From an uncultured Candidatus Micrarchaeota archaeon (lineage in GTDB: Archaea > Micrarchaeota > Micrarchaeia > Anstonellales > Bilamarchaeaceae): a DNA stretch of 64,000 nucleotides. Below the pieces are notes generated by a model. That model was not told the DNA's origin. It saw nothing but the letters and a program-made list of their open reading frames with translations, and did no database searches. Both the position numbers and the translations under genes were made by a program. The stretch lies in NCBI GenBank assembly GCA_963714085.1, contig OY970229.1, positions 632,392 through 696,391 of the forward strand. Direction: 5' to 3'. Shown here one piece after another: positions 45,110 to 53,954 of this stretch (position 1 is the first letter of the stretch; each line of letters opens with the position of its first letter).

Positions 45110-48100
45110 ATGCGGACGAGACTGCTTTTTGTGGCATTGCTGGTTTTAGTAGCGCTGATGGCCCGGCCGATCATGGCCGACTGCACGATCCCTGGCACCG
45201 ACTGCCCGGCGTGCAGCGAGACGAACGGCGTGCCCCAGGCGCAGATGTTCCTCAAGGTGAATTCCGCGAATGAGTCGCTCGTCGGCACCTTTTTCTACGA
45301 GAACATCTCCGACGAGGCGAATCCCAGGCCGCTGCTCGTGGACGCGCCCGTGATAGTGGAGATGTACAACAACACCGTAGACAAGACATACCGCATATAC
45401 ACGGACGCGAACGGCAAGGCGGTGTTCGACTTCTCGGCGTACGCAGGAGCATGCATGAACTTCAAGGTCATGTACTGCCCCTTCGCATGCACCACCGGTC
45501 CCTCAAAGTCGGACTGCGGGTTCCAGAACTGCCTCAATTACTCCGGCATACCGTGCAGCCCGGGCACGTGCCTGGCCTCATGCACAGCAGGGAGCGTATT
45601 GGACGCCCCTAACATCCAAGCTCCGCAGACCCCGCAGTGCTACATCCTGCTACCGACCATGGACACCGCGAGCTACTGCCCGCCGCCGCCCCCGATCAGC
45701 AGCGTGCCGGCGATATGCTTCCCGCTGCTGCTCATATTCGCTGTGCTCGGAGGCGGGCTTTTCCTCAGCGGGAAGAATCCGTTCGGGGGCTTCGACTTCA
45801 CCACTCCGAGGACCGGGAAGCACATAAGGTACGAGGCCAAAGGCAGGGGGCTCGGGGTGAGCGCGCCGAACGTAGTCACCCAGAAGATACACGAAACCGG
45901 AAACAAGCTCGCGACAGCCGGCGCGAAGAAATTAGCTGGCGGAGCCGCTTCACTGATGGCAGGAGGCGGCAAAAAGGGAGCGGCCGCATCCGCGTCTGTC
46001 GCAGGACACATAGAAATGAAGCAAGCAGGAGGACAGAGAGGAGGCGGCATGGTCACGATGGCCGGCGGCAGGACGATGGCGACGGGAAGCCCTGCTGAAA
46101 GGTTTGGCGGTTTCGGGAAGGTCCTGGGCCTTGTCGGTTATGGGATCAAGGGGACTGTACAGGCCATAAGCGGGAATACCACCGGCGCGAAAGCCACATT
46201 CATGAAAAGCTCGATGATATCCCAGAGCGTGGGCGGCATCAAGAGCATGGTTAATACCAACAGGGCCGTGAATAAGGCTATGGCGAATGCCGCTTCGGCC
46301 AACCCCATCGTCTACACTCCGGTGGCATGGGCGATGCTCATCTCAACGCTGAAGAACGCCCAGGACGTGAATGATGGGAAGAAAACCCAGGCCGGATTGG
46401 GCTCGATCGTATCCCAGCTCATGAATGTCAAAAAAGGGAAGGCAGGCGCCAAGACAACCATAGATAATTCCAAGACAGTGACGGTGAAAGAAAACCCCGC
46501 GGATCCAAATAGCAAGAATGTGAACAAGGTCGTATACGAGATGACAGTAGGGGGCAAAAAGGTGGTGGCGACGCTCGATGAGGCCTCCCTGCGCCTCGGC
46601 AAATTCAACGGGACTGTGACTGTCGGAAACAAGACAGTCAATATAGAAGAAGGCAAGGTTGTAAGCGGCTGGAACGAGCTGGGCGGCAAGGACAGGAACG
46701 CGGTGACAGACAGGGTCAGCATCAGCGAGGTCAGGCAGCTGGTGGATGGGGATAAGACCGCCAAAAAAGAGCTCGAGAAAACTGGCACGACCACGGTCAC
46801 GCTGGGCAGTGGAGAGACGATAAAGGTCTCGGTCGCTGCCGATAAGGAAGGCAAGTTCAGCGCATCCGCGATCAGCGATGAGAAAGGCACCAAGGGCAGT
46901 TTCACCATAACGACCTCGGATGAGCGGGTGACCTTCGTCAAAGACGGCAAACCCACGACGCCTATTGGCGAGAGACTCGACATGACCGAGATCACGGGCA
47001 AGCTGAGGAGCGAGGGCGCCATGAGCGATATCGCGGAATCCGGCAAGACCACGATCAAGCTGGAAAGCGGGGAGAAGGTGACGGTCATAGCCGCGGATGT
47101 CGCTTCCCTGGATAGCGGCAAGTTCAGCATAAAGACAGACGATGACAAGATAGTGGTGGTCGATACCAGCAAGAAGGATCCGAACACTGGCAAGCCGGAT
47201 CCAATCGTATCCGTGGGCACGTCCATAACCGGAGCCAGTGATCTGGCCGCGACCGGGAAGGAGTTGGGCATGCCTGCCATCACCGCCACGCTCACTGCTG
47301 CGGTGACCATGGAAAGCAGGTTCAGCTCAAACGAGTACGGCGGCGCGGTCACGGTGGTGACGAACCCGCTCGGCTCGCCGGACGACTATACGGTCATAAG
47401 GCCCCGAGACAATGACGACTTGAAAGGCGTGGCGTTCGAGGTCGTTGATGGGAAGGTCAAGACGATAACCGACAATAGCACCGGCGAGTCCCTGAAGGCA
47501 GACAGCACGACCGGGATCAAGGTGGGCTCGGGCGCACCCGGATACATACCGGACAAGGTGGCCGCACTCGGCGCATCCGTGGTGCAGGTGCAGATGGCGG
47601 GCCAGGACCTGGCGAACGATACCATGAGACTCGAAAAGTCGCTCCACGACATCCGCGTGACCGACTCCGTGAGCAGCGCCAACGGAGGGGCACCGGAAGA
47701 GGTGAGGGATTACCTCAGCGAGCACCCCGAGGTGCACGCGACGATTATCCAGCAAGCGCACGAGGATGCGATAGAGACAATGGCGAGGAAGGATTATCCG
47801 GAAAAGGCGGATGAATTCAGGGCAGCGAACCAGCAGTTTGAGAAGGACAGGCAGACCATGGGTTCTGAGGCGGCATACGACAAGGATCTGAAGCCGGTCA
47901 CGGAAAAGCCATTCGAAGAGTTTGCAGCGAGGTCCGTCAGGGAAGAGACAAGCTCGCAGGGAGCGAGATACGCCGAACTCGTCAACAAGCCGGAGATCAG
48001 CGAGGGCCTCAGTTACGATGAGATCGCGAAAATGAAGGCGGATACGAAGCCGTATGGTGCGGCGATGGCAGCGGCCGCGGCGACCGAGCTCCAGTCCGGA

Positions 48101-48511
48101 GCCAGGAGCGATACCGAGGTGCGGATCCACGAGATAGGCGTATACGCGCAGGCAGAAGCCAAAAACACGGGCCCGACCGAGCCGCAGAAAGGGGTGGACA
48201 TGCTCAACTCCGCGATAGCGAGTCTCCAAAAGGAGGAACAAGAAAGGAAACCTCCCGAAGCTGCCGAAGCAACGGCCCGGCAGGCAGTCGTACCGGTCAG
48301 GACAGGCGGCGGGGGATCCGAACCGCCATCCAAACCCGAGACCCCGGCCGTCAGCGAACCCGTCAAACCAGAGGCGCCGGAAGAAACGAAGCGGGCCAAA
48401 CGTGAAGAGACAGTGACCCCCAGCGAACCCGTCAAAGTCGAGAAGCCCGAGGAGCGGGAAGCAGAGGAAACCACGAAGCCCAGGAAGAGGGGCGGCAAGA
48501 AGGAATCCTGA
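45110..48511 (+). CDS. 1133-aa single-pass membrane protein: Cys-rich ectodomain, one TM, then a long repeat-containing K/G/T/E-rich region
   Basis: Signal peptide MRTRLLFVALLVLVALMARPIMA. Cys-rich ~190 aa. PPPPP then TM PAICFPLLLIFAVLGGGLFLSG. Internal repeats (TGTTTVTLGSGETIKVSVAADKEGKFSAS / SGKTTIKLESGEKVTVIAADVASLDSGKFSIK). Acidic/basic tail. Confidence 0.8.
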   Translation: MRTRLLFVALLVLVALMARPIMADCTIPGTDCPACSETNGVPQAQMFLKVNSANESLVGTFFYENISDEANPRPLLVDAPVIVEMYNNTVDKTYRIYTDANGKAVFDFSAYAGACMNFKVMYCPFACTTGPSKSDCGFQNCLNYSGIPCSPGTCLASCTAGSVLDAPNIQAPQTPQCYILLPTMDTASYCPPPPPISSVPAICFPLLLIFAVLGGGLFLSGKNPFGGFDFTTPRTGKHIRYEAKGRGLGVSAPNVVTQKIHETGNKLATAGAKKLAGGAASLMAGGGKKGAAASASVAGHIEMKQAGGQRGGGMVTMAGGRTMATGSPAERFGGFGKVLGLVGYGIKGTVQAISGNTTGAKATFMKSSMISQSVGGIKSMVNTNRAVNKAMANAASANPIVYTPVAWAMLISTLKNAQDVNDGKKTQAGLGSIVSQLMNVKKGKAGAKTTIDNSKTVTVKENPADPNSKNVNKVVYEMTVGGKKVVATLDEASLRLGKFNGTVTVGNKTVNIEEGKVVSGWNELGGKDRNAVTDRVSISEVRQLVDGDKTAKKELEKTGTTTVTLGSGETIKVSVAADKEGKFSASAISDEKGTKGSFTITTSDERVTFVKDGKPTTPIGERLDMTEITGKLRSEGAMSDIAESGKTTIKLESGEKVTVIAADVASLDSGKFSIKTDDDKIVVVDTSKKDPNTGKPDPIVSVGTSITGASDLAATGKELGMPAITATLTAAVTMESRFSSNEYGGAVTVVTNPLGSPDDYTVIRPRDNDDLKGVAFEVVDGKVKTITDNSTGESLKADSTTGIKVGSGAPGYIPDKVAALGASVVQVQMAGQDLANDTMRLEKSLHDIRVTDSVSSANGGAPEEVRDYLSEHPEVHATIIQQAHEDAIETMARKDYPEKADEFRAANQQFEKDRQTMGSEAAYDKDLKPVTEKPFEEFAARSVREETSSQGARYAELVNKPEISEGLSYDEIAKMKADTKPYGAAMAAAAATELQSGARSDTEVRIHEIGVYAQAEAKNTGPTEPQKGVDMLNSAIASLQKEEQERKPPEAAEATARQAVVPVRTGGGGSEPPSKPETPAVSEPVKPEAPEETKRAKREETVTPSEPVKVEKPEEREAEETTKPRKRGGKKES

Positions 48512-48843
48512 TGCTCTCCCATGAAAGCGGCGCCAAAGGCACCAAACCCATCAAGCGCCTCGAGAACCTGCTCACGTTCGGCAACCTCTGGCTCTACATC
48601 CTCTCGCTAATAAAGAGGAAAGGCAGGGCTTACGCCTACATGCTCGACTCCGGCATCGAGAAGGAGTTCGCGTTCAAGCCTTCCAAGGTCATGGTCTACA
48701 TAGTGCTCTACAAACTCGAGAACGAGGGCCTCATAAAGTCCGAGTTCGAGGAGCGCAGGAAGTACTACAGCATGACGAAGAAGGGCGACGGCACCCTCAA
48801 GGCGGCGAGGCAGTATTTCAAGGTCCTTGCAAGCAAACTGTGA
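48511..48843 (+). CDS. PadR-family transcriptional regulator
   Basis: LWLYILSLIKRKGRAYAYML...MVYIVLYKLENEGLIKSEFEERRKYYSMTKKG: PadR wHTH pattern. The ATG overlaps the upstream TGA by 1 nt. Confidence 0.8.
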   Translation: MLSHESGAKGTKPIKRLENLLTFGNLWLYILSLIKRKGRAYAYMLDSGIEKEFAFKPSKVMVYIVLYKLENEGLIKSEFEERRKYYSMTKKGDGTLKAARQYFKVLASKL

Positions 48844-48849
48844 CCTAAG

Positions 48850-49398
48850 ATGCGGATCATCATAACTGGAACCCCAGGTACCGGCAAGACCAGGATCAGC
48901 CGGATGCTCGCCAAGAGGATGAGGCTCCCGCTCGTCGAGATAAAGGAATTCGTGAACGATAACCGTATCTTCAGGATGGAGAAGGGTGAGAAGACGGTCG
49001 ATGTAGGAAAGCTGAGGAGAAAGCTCCTTCCGCGTTTGACCGGCCTCGGGCGGGCAGGCGGCTACGTGGTGGAAGGCCACCTCGCCTGCGAGATGAAGCT
49101 GCCTGCGGATTTCGTCTTCGTGCTCCGGACCCACCCTAAAAAGCTCAGGCAAAGGCTCGCACCGAGGCGTTATAGCAGGAAGAAAATAGACGAAAACCTC
49201 GAAGCCGAGATGCTCGATTACTGCGTGCAGAGGGTGGAGTCGGTCTACGGCATAAGACCGCTCGAGCTCGACACCACGGAGCGCACGGCCCTGGTTTCCG
49301 CGCAGGTTATGCTAAAAGCCGTGAAGGCAAAGAAAAAAAAGCTTGACGCACCAGATTACTCATCGGAACTGGAATCCTTCCTGGGGCTACGATCATGA
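48850..49398 (+). CDS. Fap7/adenylate kinase isoenzyme 6-like nucleotide kinase
   Basis: MRIIITGTPGTGKT P-loop. Size and layout match archaeal Fap7/AK6. Confidence 0.75.
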   Translation: MRIIITGTPGTGKTRISRMLAKRMRLPLVEIKEFVNDNRIFRMEKGEKTVDVGKLRRKLLPRLTGLGRAGGYVVEGHLACEMKLPADFVFVLRTHPKKLRQRLAPRRYSRKKIDENLEAEMLDYCVQRVESVYGIRPLELDTTERTALVSAQVMLKAVKAKKKKLDAPDYSSELESFLGLRS

Positions 49399-49946
49399 GC
49401 GAGAAAGAGGAAACGAGGATAATCGAGGCTGCTTTGTTCATCTCAGCCAGGCCCATGGCGCTTGAGGAGCTGCGCACGCTCACAGGCATCGGGGCGCTGG
49501 GCTATCTGAGGAAGGTCGTGGAGGACCTGCAGTCCGAATACGCCGGGCGCAACAGCGCCATAGAGATACTGAGCGTTGACGGCAAATACGAGATGCGCGT
49601 GCGCCAGGACTACGTGGGCAGGGTGAAGCAGTTCGCCCAGGATACGGAGATATCCAAGCCCGCGCTGCGCACGCTGGCCTATATATCCAAGCACGACGGG
49701 GTGCTCAAATCCGAGATTGCCAGGCGCATCGGCTCGTCCATCTACGAGGATGTACGCGAGCTGGTGGAAGCCGGATTCGTGAAGCCGAAGAAGGCGGGCA
49801 GGAGCTCGAGCCTCTGGCTCACGGACAAGTTCCACAAATATTTCGTCAAGGGCGAGGTCGCCGCCGTAGCCCCCAAGCCGCAGGACGCCGAGGCGCAGAC
49901 CACGCTTCCGGCTGCTGCTCCGGAACCAGATGAAACAATGGAATAG
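49395..49946 (+). CDS. scpB: Segregation and condensation protein B
   Basis: IIEAALFISARPMALEEL...YEMRVRQDY...LSKPALRTLAYISKHDGVLKSEIARRIG: ScpB tandem wHTH pattern. Confidence 0.8.
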   Translation: MSEKEETRIIEAALFISARPMALEELRTLTGIGALGYLRKVVEDLQSEYAGRNSAIEILSVDGKYEMRVRQDYVGRVKQFAQDTEISKPALRTLAYISKHDGVLKSEIARRIGSSIYEDVRELVEAGFVKPKKAGRSSSLWLTDKFHKYFVKGEVAAVAPKPQDAEAQTTLPAAAPEPDETME

Positions 49947-50002
49947 GATGTTTCCGGGAGCGGGTTTTAGCTAAATCAGATGGGCGTTAACCTGGGCGAT
50001 GC

Positions 50003-51397
50003 CTAGAACCCGAGCAGGTCCTTCACCATACCCACCGCATTGCCGCCGGTCTCCTCTTCTTCTTCAGGCTCCTCCTCCTTGGCGGTCTTTTTGCCTTTGG
50101 CTTTTTTAGGTTTTTTCGCGGGTTTCGGCTCAGGCTCTTCCTCTTCTGGTTCCTTCTTGGCCTCCTTCTCCTCTGATTCGTCGCCTAGGCCGATGTCCCA
50201 GAAAGGCTTCCCTTCTTTCTTTTGCTTTTTCCTGGGTTTGGGCTCTGGCTTCTTCTCCTCAGGTTCTTGCTTCTCCTTTTCAGCCGGCTCGCCCTCCCCG
50301 GATTCATCGCCGAAGCCTAGGCCCCAGAACGGCTTGCCTTCCTTCTTCGGCTGTTCCTCGGGCTCTTTCTCTTCATGAGCTTCCTTCTCCTCTTCTGCAG
50401 GTTTAGCCGGGCTCTCCGCGGACTCTCCGCCGAAGCCGAGGTTCCAGAACTGCCTGCCTTCTTTCTTAGGCTTTTCCCTGGGCTTCGCCCCGGAACCGAG
50501 CAGCTTGAGCAGCAGCGCCTCCTGCGCCCACATCCTGTTCTCGGCCTGGTCCCATACCGCGGTGGCGCTCGCGCCGTCCAGCACGGAATCCGTTATCTCC
50601 TGGCCCCTGTGCGCGGGCAGGCAGTGCATCACTATGCAGTCCGGCTTCGCGAGCTTCAACAGCCCGTCGTTCACCTGGTATGGCGTGAGCTTCTCGATGC
50701 GCTCGGCCTGGCTGGCCTCCTCGCCCATGGACACCCAGACGTCGGTGTATATCACGTCGGCGTCCTTGACCGCATGATTCGGGTCGCTCGTGACCTCGAC
50801 CTTGGCCCCGGATTTCCATGCGGACTCCAGCGTCTCGCCCTTGGGGAGGTATCCCTTCGGGCCGCAGAGCACCACGTGCATGCCATAGCGCGCGGCTATG
50901 TGCATTATCGAGGTCGCCACGTTGTCCGCCGCGTCCCCTATGAAGACCAGCTTGCCCTTGTCCTTGCCGTGCTCGATTATGGTCTGCATGTCAGCGAGCG
51001 CCTGGCAGGGGTGCTCGAGGTTCGTGAGCGCGTTTATGACCGGGACCGTTGCGTGCTTCGCCAGCTCCTCCAGGTCCGAGTGCTTGGAAAGCCTCGCGGT
51101 TATGGCATGGCAGTAGCGGGAGAGCACGCGCGCGGTGTCGGCCAGGGTCTCGCCCCTGCTGATCTGGGAGCTGTTGAAATCCATGACTATGGACTGGCCG
51201 CCGAGGTTAGCCATCGCGGTCTCGAAGGAGAGCCGCGTGCGTGTGGACGGCTTCTCGTAGAGCGATATTAGGACCTTGCCCCTCAGGTCGTCCCGCGCCC
51301 GATCGTTCTCCTCCTTGAGCTGCATCGCGAGGTCAACTACTTCCCTCATGAAGTCTTCGGGCATGTCCCGCATGGTCAGCACGTTCATAGTAATCAT
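50003..51397 (-). CDS. argF: Ornithine carbamoyltransferase with a ~163-aa K/E/P-rich C-terminal repeat extension
   Basis: STRTR, HPCQALAD, DVWVSMG (OTCase-type SMG), HCLPAHRG. Start uncertain (Met codons at comp. 51397, 51388, 51373). The track ORF start at 51442 lies inside tnpB. Confidence 0.85.
   Translation of the reverse strand: MITMNVLTMRDMPEDFMREVVDLAMQLKEENDRARDDLRGKVLISLYEKPSTRTRLSFETAMANLGGQSIVMDFNSSQISRGETLADTARVLSRYCHAITARLSKHSDLEELAKHATVPVINALTNLEHPCQALADMQTIIEHGKDKGKLVFIGDAADNVATSIMHIAARYGMHVVLCGPKGYLPKGETLESAWKSGAKVEVTSDPNHAVKDADVIYTDVWVSMGEEASQAERIEKLTPYQVNDGLLKLAKPDCIVMHCLPAHRGQEITDSVLDGASATAVWDQAENRMWAQEALLLKLLGSGAKPREKPKKEGRQFWNLGFGGESAESPAKPAEEEKEAHEEKEPEEQPKKEGKPFWGLGFGDESGEGEPAEKEKQEPEEKKPEPKPRKKQKKEGKPFWDIGLGDESEEKEAKKEPEEEEPEPKPAKKPKKAKGKKTAKEEEPEEEEETGGNAVGMVKDLLGF
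50177..50467 (-). repeat. Three spaced copies of a KKEG(K/R)(P/Q)FW-x-(L/I)G(F/L)G(G/D)ES coding repeat within the argF tail
   Basis: KKEGRQFWNLGFGGES (about 50417-50467), KKEGKPFWGLGFGDES (about 50300-50347), KKEGKPFWDIGLGDES (about 50177-50221). Confidence 0.8.
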
Positions 51398-51399
51398 CG

Positions 51400-52790
51400 T
51401 ATCCTGGAAAGCATCATCCCGGCAACCGCGTGAACTACCCATGTCTAAAGCCCTGGGCTTCCTGTTTCATTGAAGATACTTGCCAGTTACGTTTATAACC
51501 AGTAGAGGTCTCTTCTCCACAGGCCTTACTTCCCGGCGTCCCGCCGGTAGCTCGTTGGAGTATGTTTATCGCCGCATTGAGGTCCCTGTGCATGGATGCC
51601 CCGCACGGGCAATCGTGCCACCTCTCCGCAAGCGACTTCTTTCGTATAAGACCGCAGTTGCTGCACCTCTGCGAGGTGTGGGCAGGATTCACCAGCACGA
51701 CTTCGCAACCAGCTCCTTCCGCCTTGTAGCTGATCATGCTGACGAACTCCGCCCAGCTGCAGTCCAATACCTCTTTCGCCAGGAAACCCCGCGTCAATCC
51801 TTCGTTGTTCAGCGCTTCCATGGCTATGAGCGAATGATTCTCCACAAGGGCGCGGCTTGCCTTGTGCAGGAAATCCCTTCTTTTGTTCGCGAGCCTCTCA
51901 TAGGCGATTGCAACCGCTTTTCTGTTTTTGGCCCTGTTTGAGCTGCCTTTCGTTTTATTCGACATCCTCCGCTGGACGAGCTTAAGCCGTTCCTCTGCCA
52001 ATCTGAGATTCCGCGGATTCTCTATCCTTGAGCCGTCGCTCAGATAGGCGAATGTTTCTATCCCCAAGTCGATTCCGACTGGAGACGCCTTATTTCTCTC
52101 CGGCGTCTTTCTTTCGGATTCGGTCGTGAAAATCGCATACCACTTCCCTGAAGGGGATTTCTTTATGGTAAGGGTTTTGATTCTACCATCCATCTCCCTG
52201 TGTTTCCTGATTGCCACGCTCCCGATTCCTGACAGCTCCAGCTTGTCTTTGAGCTTGAAGCCGAACTGGGGATAAGTCATGGATTTCACCCGTTCGAATG
52301 ATTTGAACCGCGGAAATCCTGCTTTCCTGCGGGCTTTTTTCCTTGCGACCACCCCTTTCAGGGATTTCACAAGCCTGTCTGCGACGTTCTGGGCTACCTG
52401 GGAATAAAGCCCCGTATCCTTTGCCAGAATATAGAGATGCTTTCGAGTCGGGAATTTCTTTGTTTCCTCGTAATATCCCTTCGTGTGATCCAGCAAGGAA
52501 TTCCAGAGTGTTTTGCATTCGTAGAACTGACGGTTCAGCAATTTTTCCTGGCTTCTTGAAGGGTATAACCTGTACTTCCAAGCGCGCGTCAGTCTCATAA
52601 AGCTTTGCCGGAAAGGCTGTTTATAAGCGTTTCCCGGGTGCATTTCCGCGGTGCGCACGACGCAGTTGAGCAGATTCGGCCCTTTCATCCCATATTTGAA
52701 AATATGGGACTTCCCGGGCCTAAGGCATTTAAAAGTCGTCCCCGAACGTTTAAATATGTTTGCGCCCAAATCTCATCTCTACGTAATTCT
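51400..52790 (-). mobile_element. TnpB-only IS200/IS605-family (IS1341-like) element; ends approximate
   Basis: Contains only tnpB. No tnpA and no obvious terminal inverted repeats. It is wedged between argF and rps10. Boundaries were not determined. Confidence 0.55.
51435..52598 (-). CDS. tnpB: TnpB (IS605 OrfB) RNA-guided endonuclease family protein
   Basis: MRLTRAWKYRLYPS start. RuvC-I GIDLGI, RuvC-II IAMEALN, zinc finger CSNCG...CPCG, RuvC-III HRDLNAAINIL. All catalytic positions present. Confidence 0.9.
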   Translation of the reverse strand: MRLTRAWKYRLYPSRSQEKLLNRQFYECKTLWNSLLDHTKGYYEETKKFPTRKHLYILAKDTGLYSQVAQNVADRLVKSLKGVVARKKARRKAGFPRFKSFERVKSMTYPQFGFKLKDKLELSGIGSVAIRKHREMDGRIKTLTIKKSPSGKWYAIFTTESERKTPERNKASPVGIDLGIETFAYLSDGSRIENPRNLRLAEERLKLVQRRMSNKTKGSSNRAKNRKAVAIAYERLANKRRDFLHKASRALVENHSLIAMEALNNEGLTRGFLAKEVLDCSWAEFVSMISYKAEGAGCEVVLVNPAHTSQRCSNCGLIRKKSLAERWHDCPCGASMHRDLNAAINILQRATGGTPGSKACGEETSTGYKRNWQVSSMKQEAQGFRHG

Positions 52791-52802
52791 CACAGAGTTG
52801 AT

Positions 52803-53111
52803 ATGATGACAAAGGTAAGGATAACTTTGAGCGGCGAGGACCCCAAGGCCCTTGAATCAGTCATAGGCCAGGTCAGGGAGCTCTCTACCGCGCTGCAGAT
52901 GAAATTCCACGGCCCGGTTAGGATGCCGGTCAGGCGCCTCAACATCGCGTGCAGGCGCACGCCCTGCGGAGACGGCTCTGACACCTACGAGATATGGGAG
53001 AAGCGCGTCTCCAAGCGGCTCGTGGACATCGAGGGGGACGAGAAGTACATAAAGCAGATACTCAGGATAAAAGTCCCGACCAACGTGTTCGTGAAGATAT
53101 CGATATCATGA
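52803..53111 (+). CDS. rps10: 30S ribosomal protein uS10
   Basis: MMTKVRITLSGEDPKALESVIGQV...GPVRMPVRRL...WEKRVSKRLVDIEGDEK...LRIKVPTNV. Start at ATG 52803. Confidence 0.9.
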   Translation: MMTKVRITLSGEDPKALESVIGQVRELSTALQMKFHGPVRMPVRRLNIACRRTPCGDGSDTYEIWEKRVSKRLVDIEGDEKYIKQILRIKVPTNVFVKISIS

Positions 53112-53581
53112 AACTCCTTCTGGACGAGATGCTCAAGAAAGCAGTGAAACTGCTGCGTATTTTCGGCATGGACGCGGAGTTCGCGGAAGGCAGGAACGAC
53201 AACGAGCTCCTTGAAGCGGCCAGAGACTCCGGCGCTGTGCTGGTCACGCGGGACGCGGAGCTCTATTCAAGATGCCTCAAAGCCGGAGCGAGGGGCTTCT
53301 TCGTGAAGAGCGACGCGATCGAGGAGCAGATAGCCGAGATGAAGAACGGGCTGGCCCTGGAGTTCACTTTCCCGAAGGAGAGCAGGTGCCCGGCGTGCAA
53401 CACCCCCTTGGAAGCGGTCCTGCCCGGCCAGGTCGCTGATCTCGTGCAGCCGAATGTGCTCAAGGAGTACGAGAAGTTCTACTTGTGCAGGAAATGCAAC
53501 AAGGCCTACTGGGAAGGGTCGCACTGGAGGAACATAACCAGGATATACGAGAATGCCCAGAGGATAGCGCGCGGCGAGTAG
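53108..53581 (+). CDS. Mut7-C/DUF82 PIN-like RNase domain protein with a zinc ribbon
   Basis: MKLLLDEMLKKAVKLLRIFGMDA...LVTRD...CPACN...CRKCNKAYWEGSHW. ATGA overlap with the rps10 stop. Confidence 0.75.
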   Translation: MKLLLDEMLKKAVKLLRIFGMDAEFAEGRNDNELLEAARDSGAVLVTRDAELYSRCLKAGARGFFVKSDAIEEQIAEMKNGLALEFTFPKESRCPACNTPLEAVLPGQVADLVQPNVLKEYEKFYLCRKCNKAYWEGSHWRNITRIYENAQRIARGE

Positions 53582-53659
53582 ACGTTCCCCACAGCGGGTA
53601 GGCGATGAGTGGGGATTCCCACAGCCAGAACGGCATTCAACGTGATGCTCGCCAAAAAA

Positions 53660-53667
53660 TTTATAAA
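53660..53667 (+). promoter_or_regulatory. Strong TATA-like box with an A-rich upstream element, in a gap with no convincing ORF
   Basis: gccaaaaaatttataaatg. No credible CDS for about 290 nt downstream. Confidence 0.4.
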
Positions 53668-53954
53668 TGTTGGTGAAGTATACCTTCCCGCCTCCGAAGG
53701 GCTCTGAGGAGGACATTTCGGTTGTCCTGAAAAGGATGGATACGCTTCAGCCTCTGTCAAGTGATCGGCCATTAATGCGGTGACTGGACTATAACTCACC
53801 ACACGAAACCCCGGCTTGTCATGCTTCCGGCGTTCCGAAAGAGATCACCTCTAGAACGAGCGAATCGGGTTAAGATTGATATTCGCAATCGCTCGGGGAA
53901 CTCTTTCACCGAGTCCAGATAACAGAGCCCCAAGGATTCTTTTAGGTGTGTGTG

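Noticed and set aside
53600-53950. Attempted to identify the ORF-free gap as SRP (7S) RNA or RNase P RNA.
   Set aside because: By eye I could not find the conserved helix-8 GGAA/AGCA context of SRP RNA or the CR-I/CR-IV blocks of RNase P RNA on either strand. It is left as an unassigned candidate that needs a covariance-model scan.
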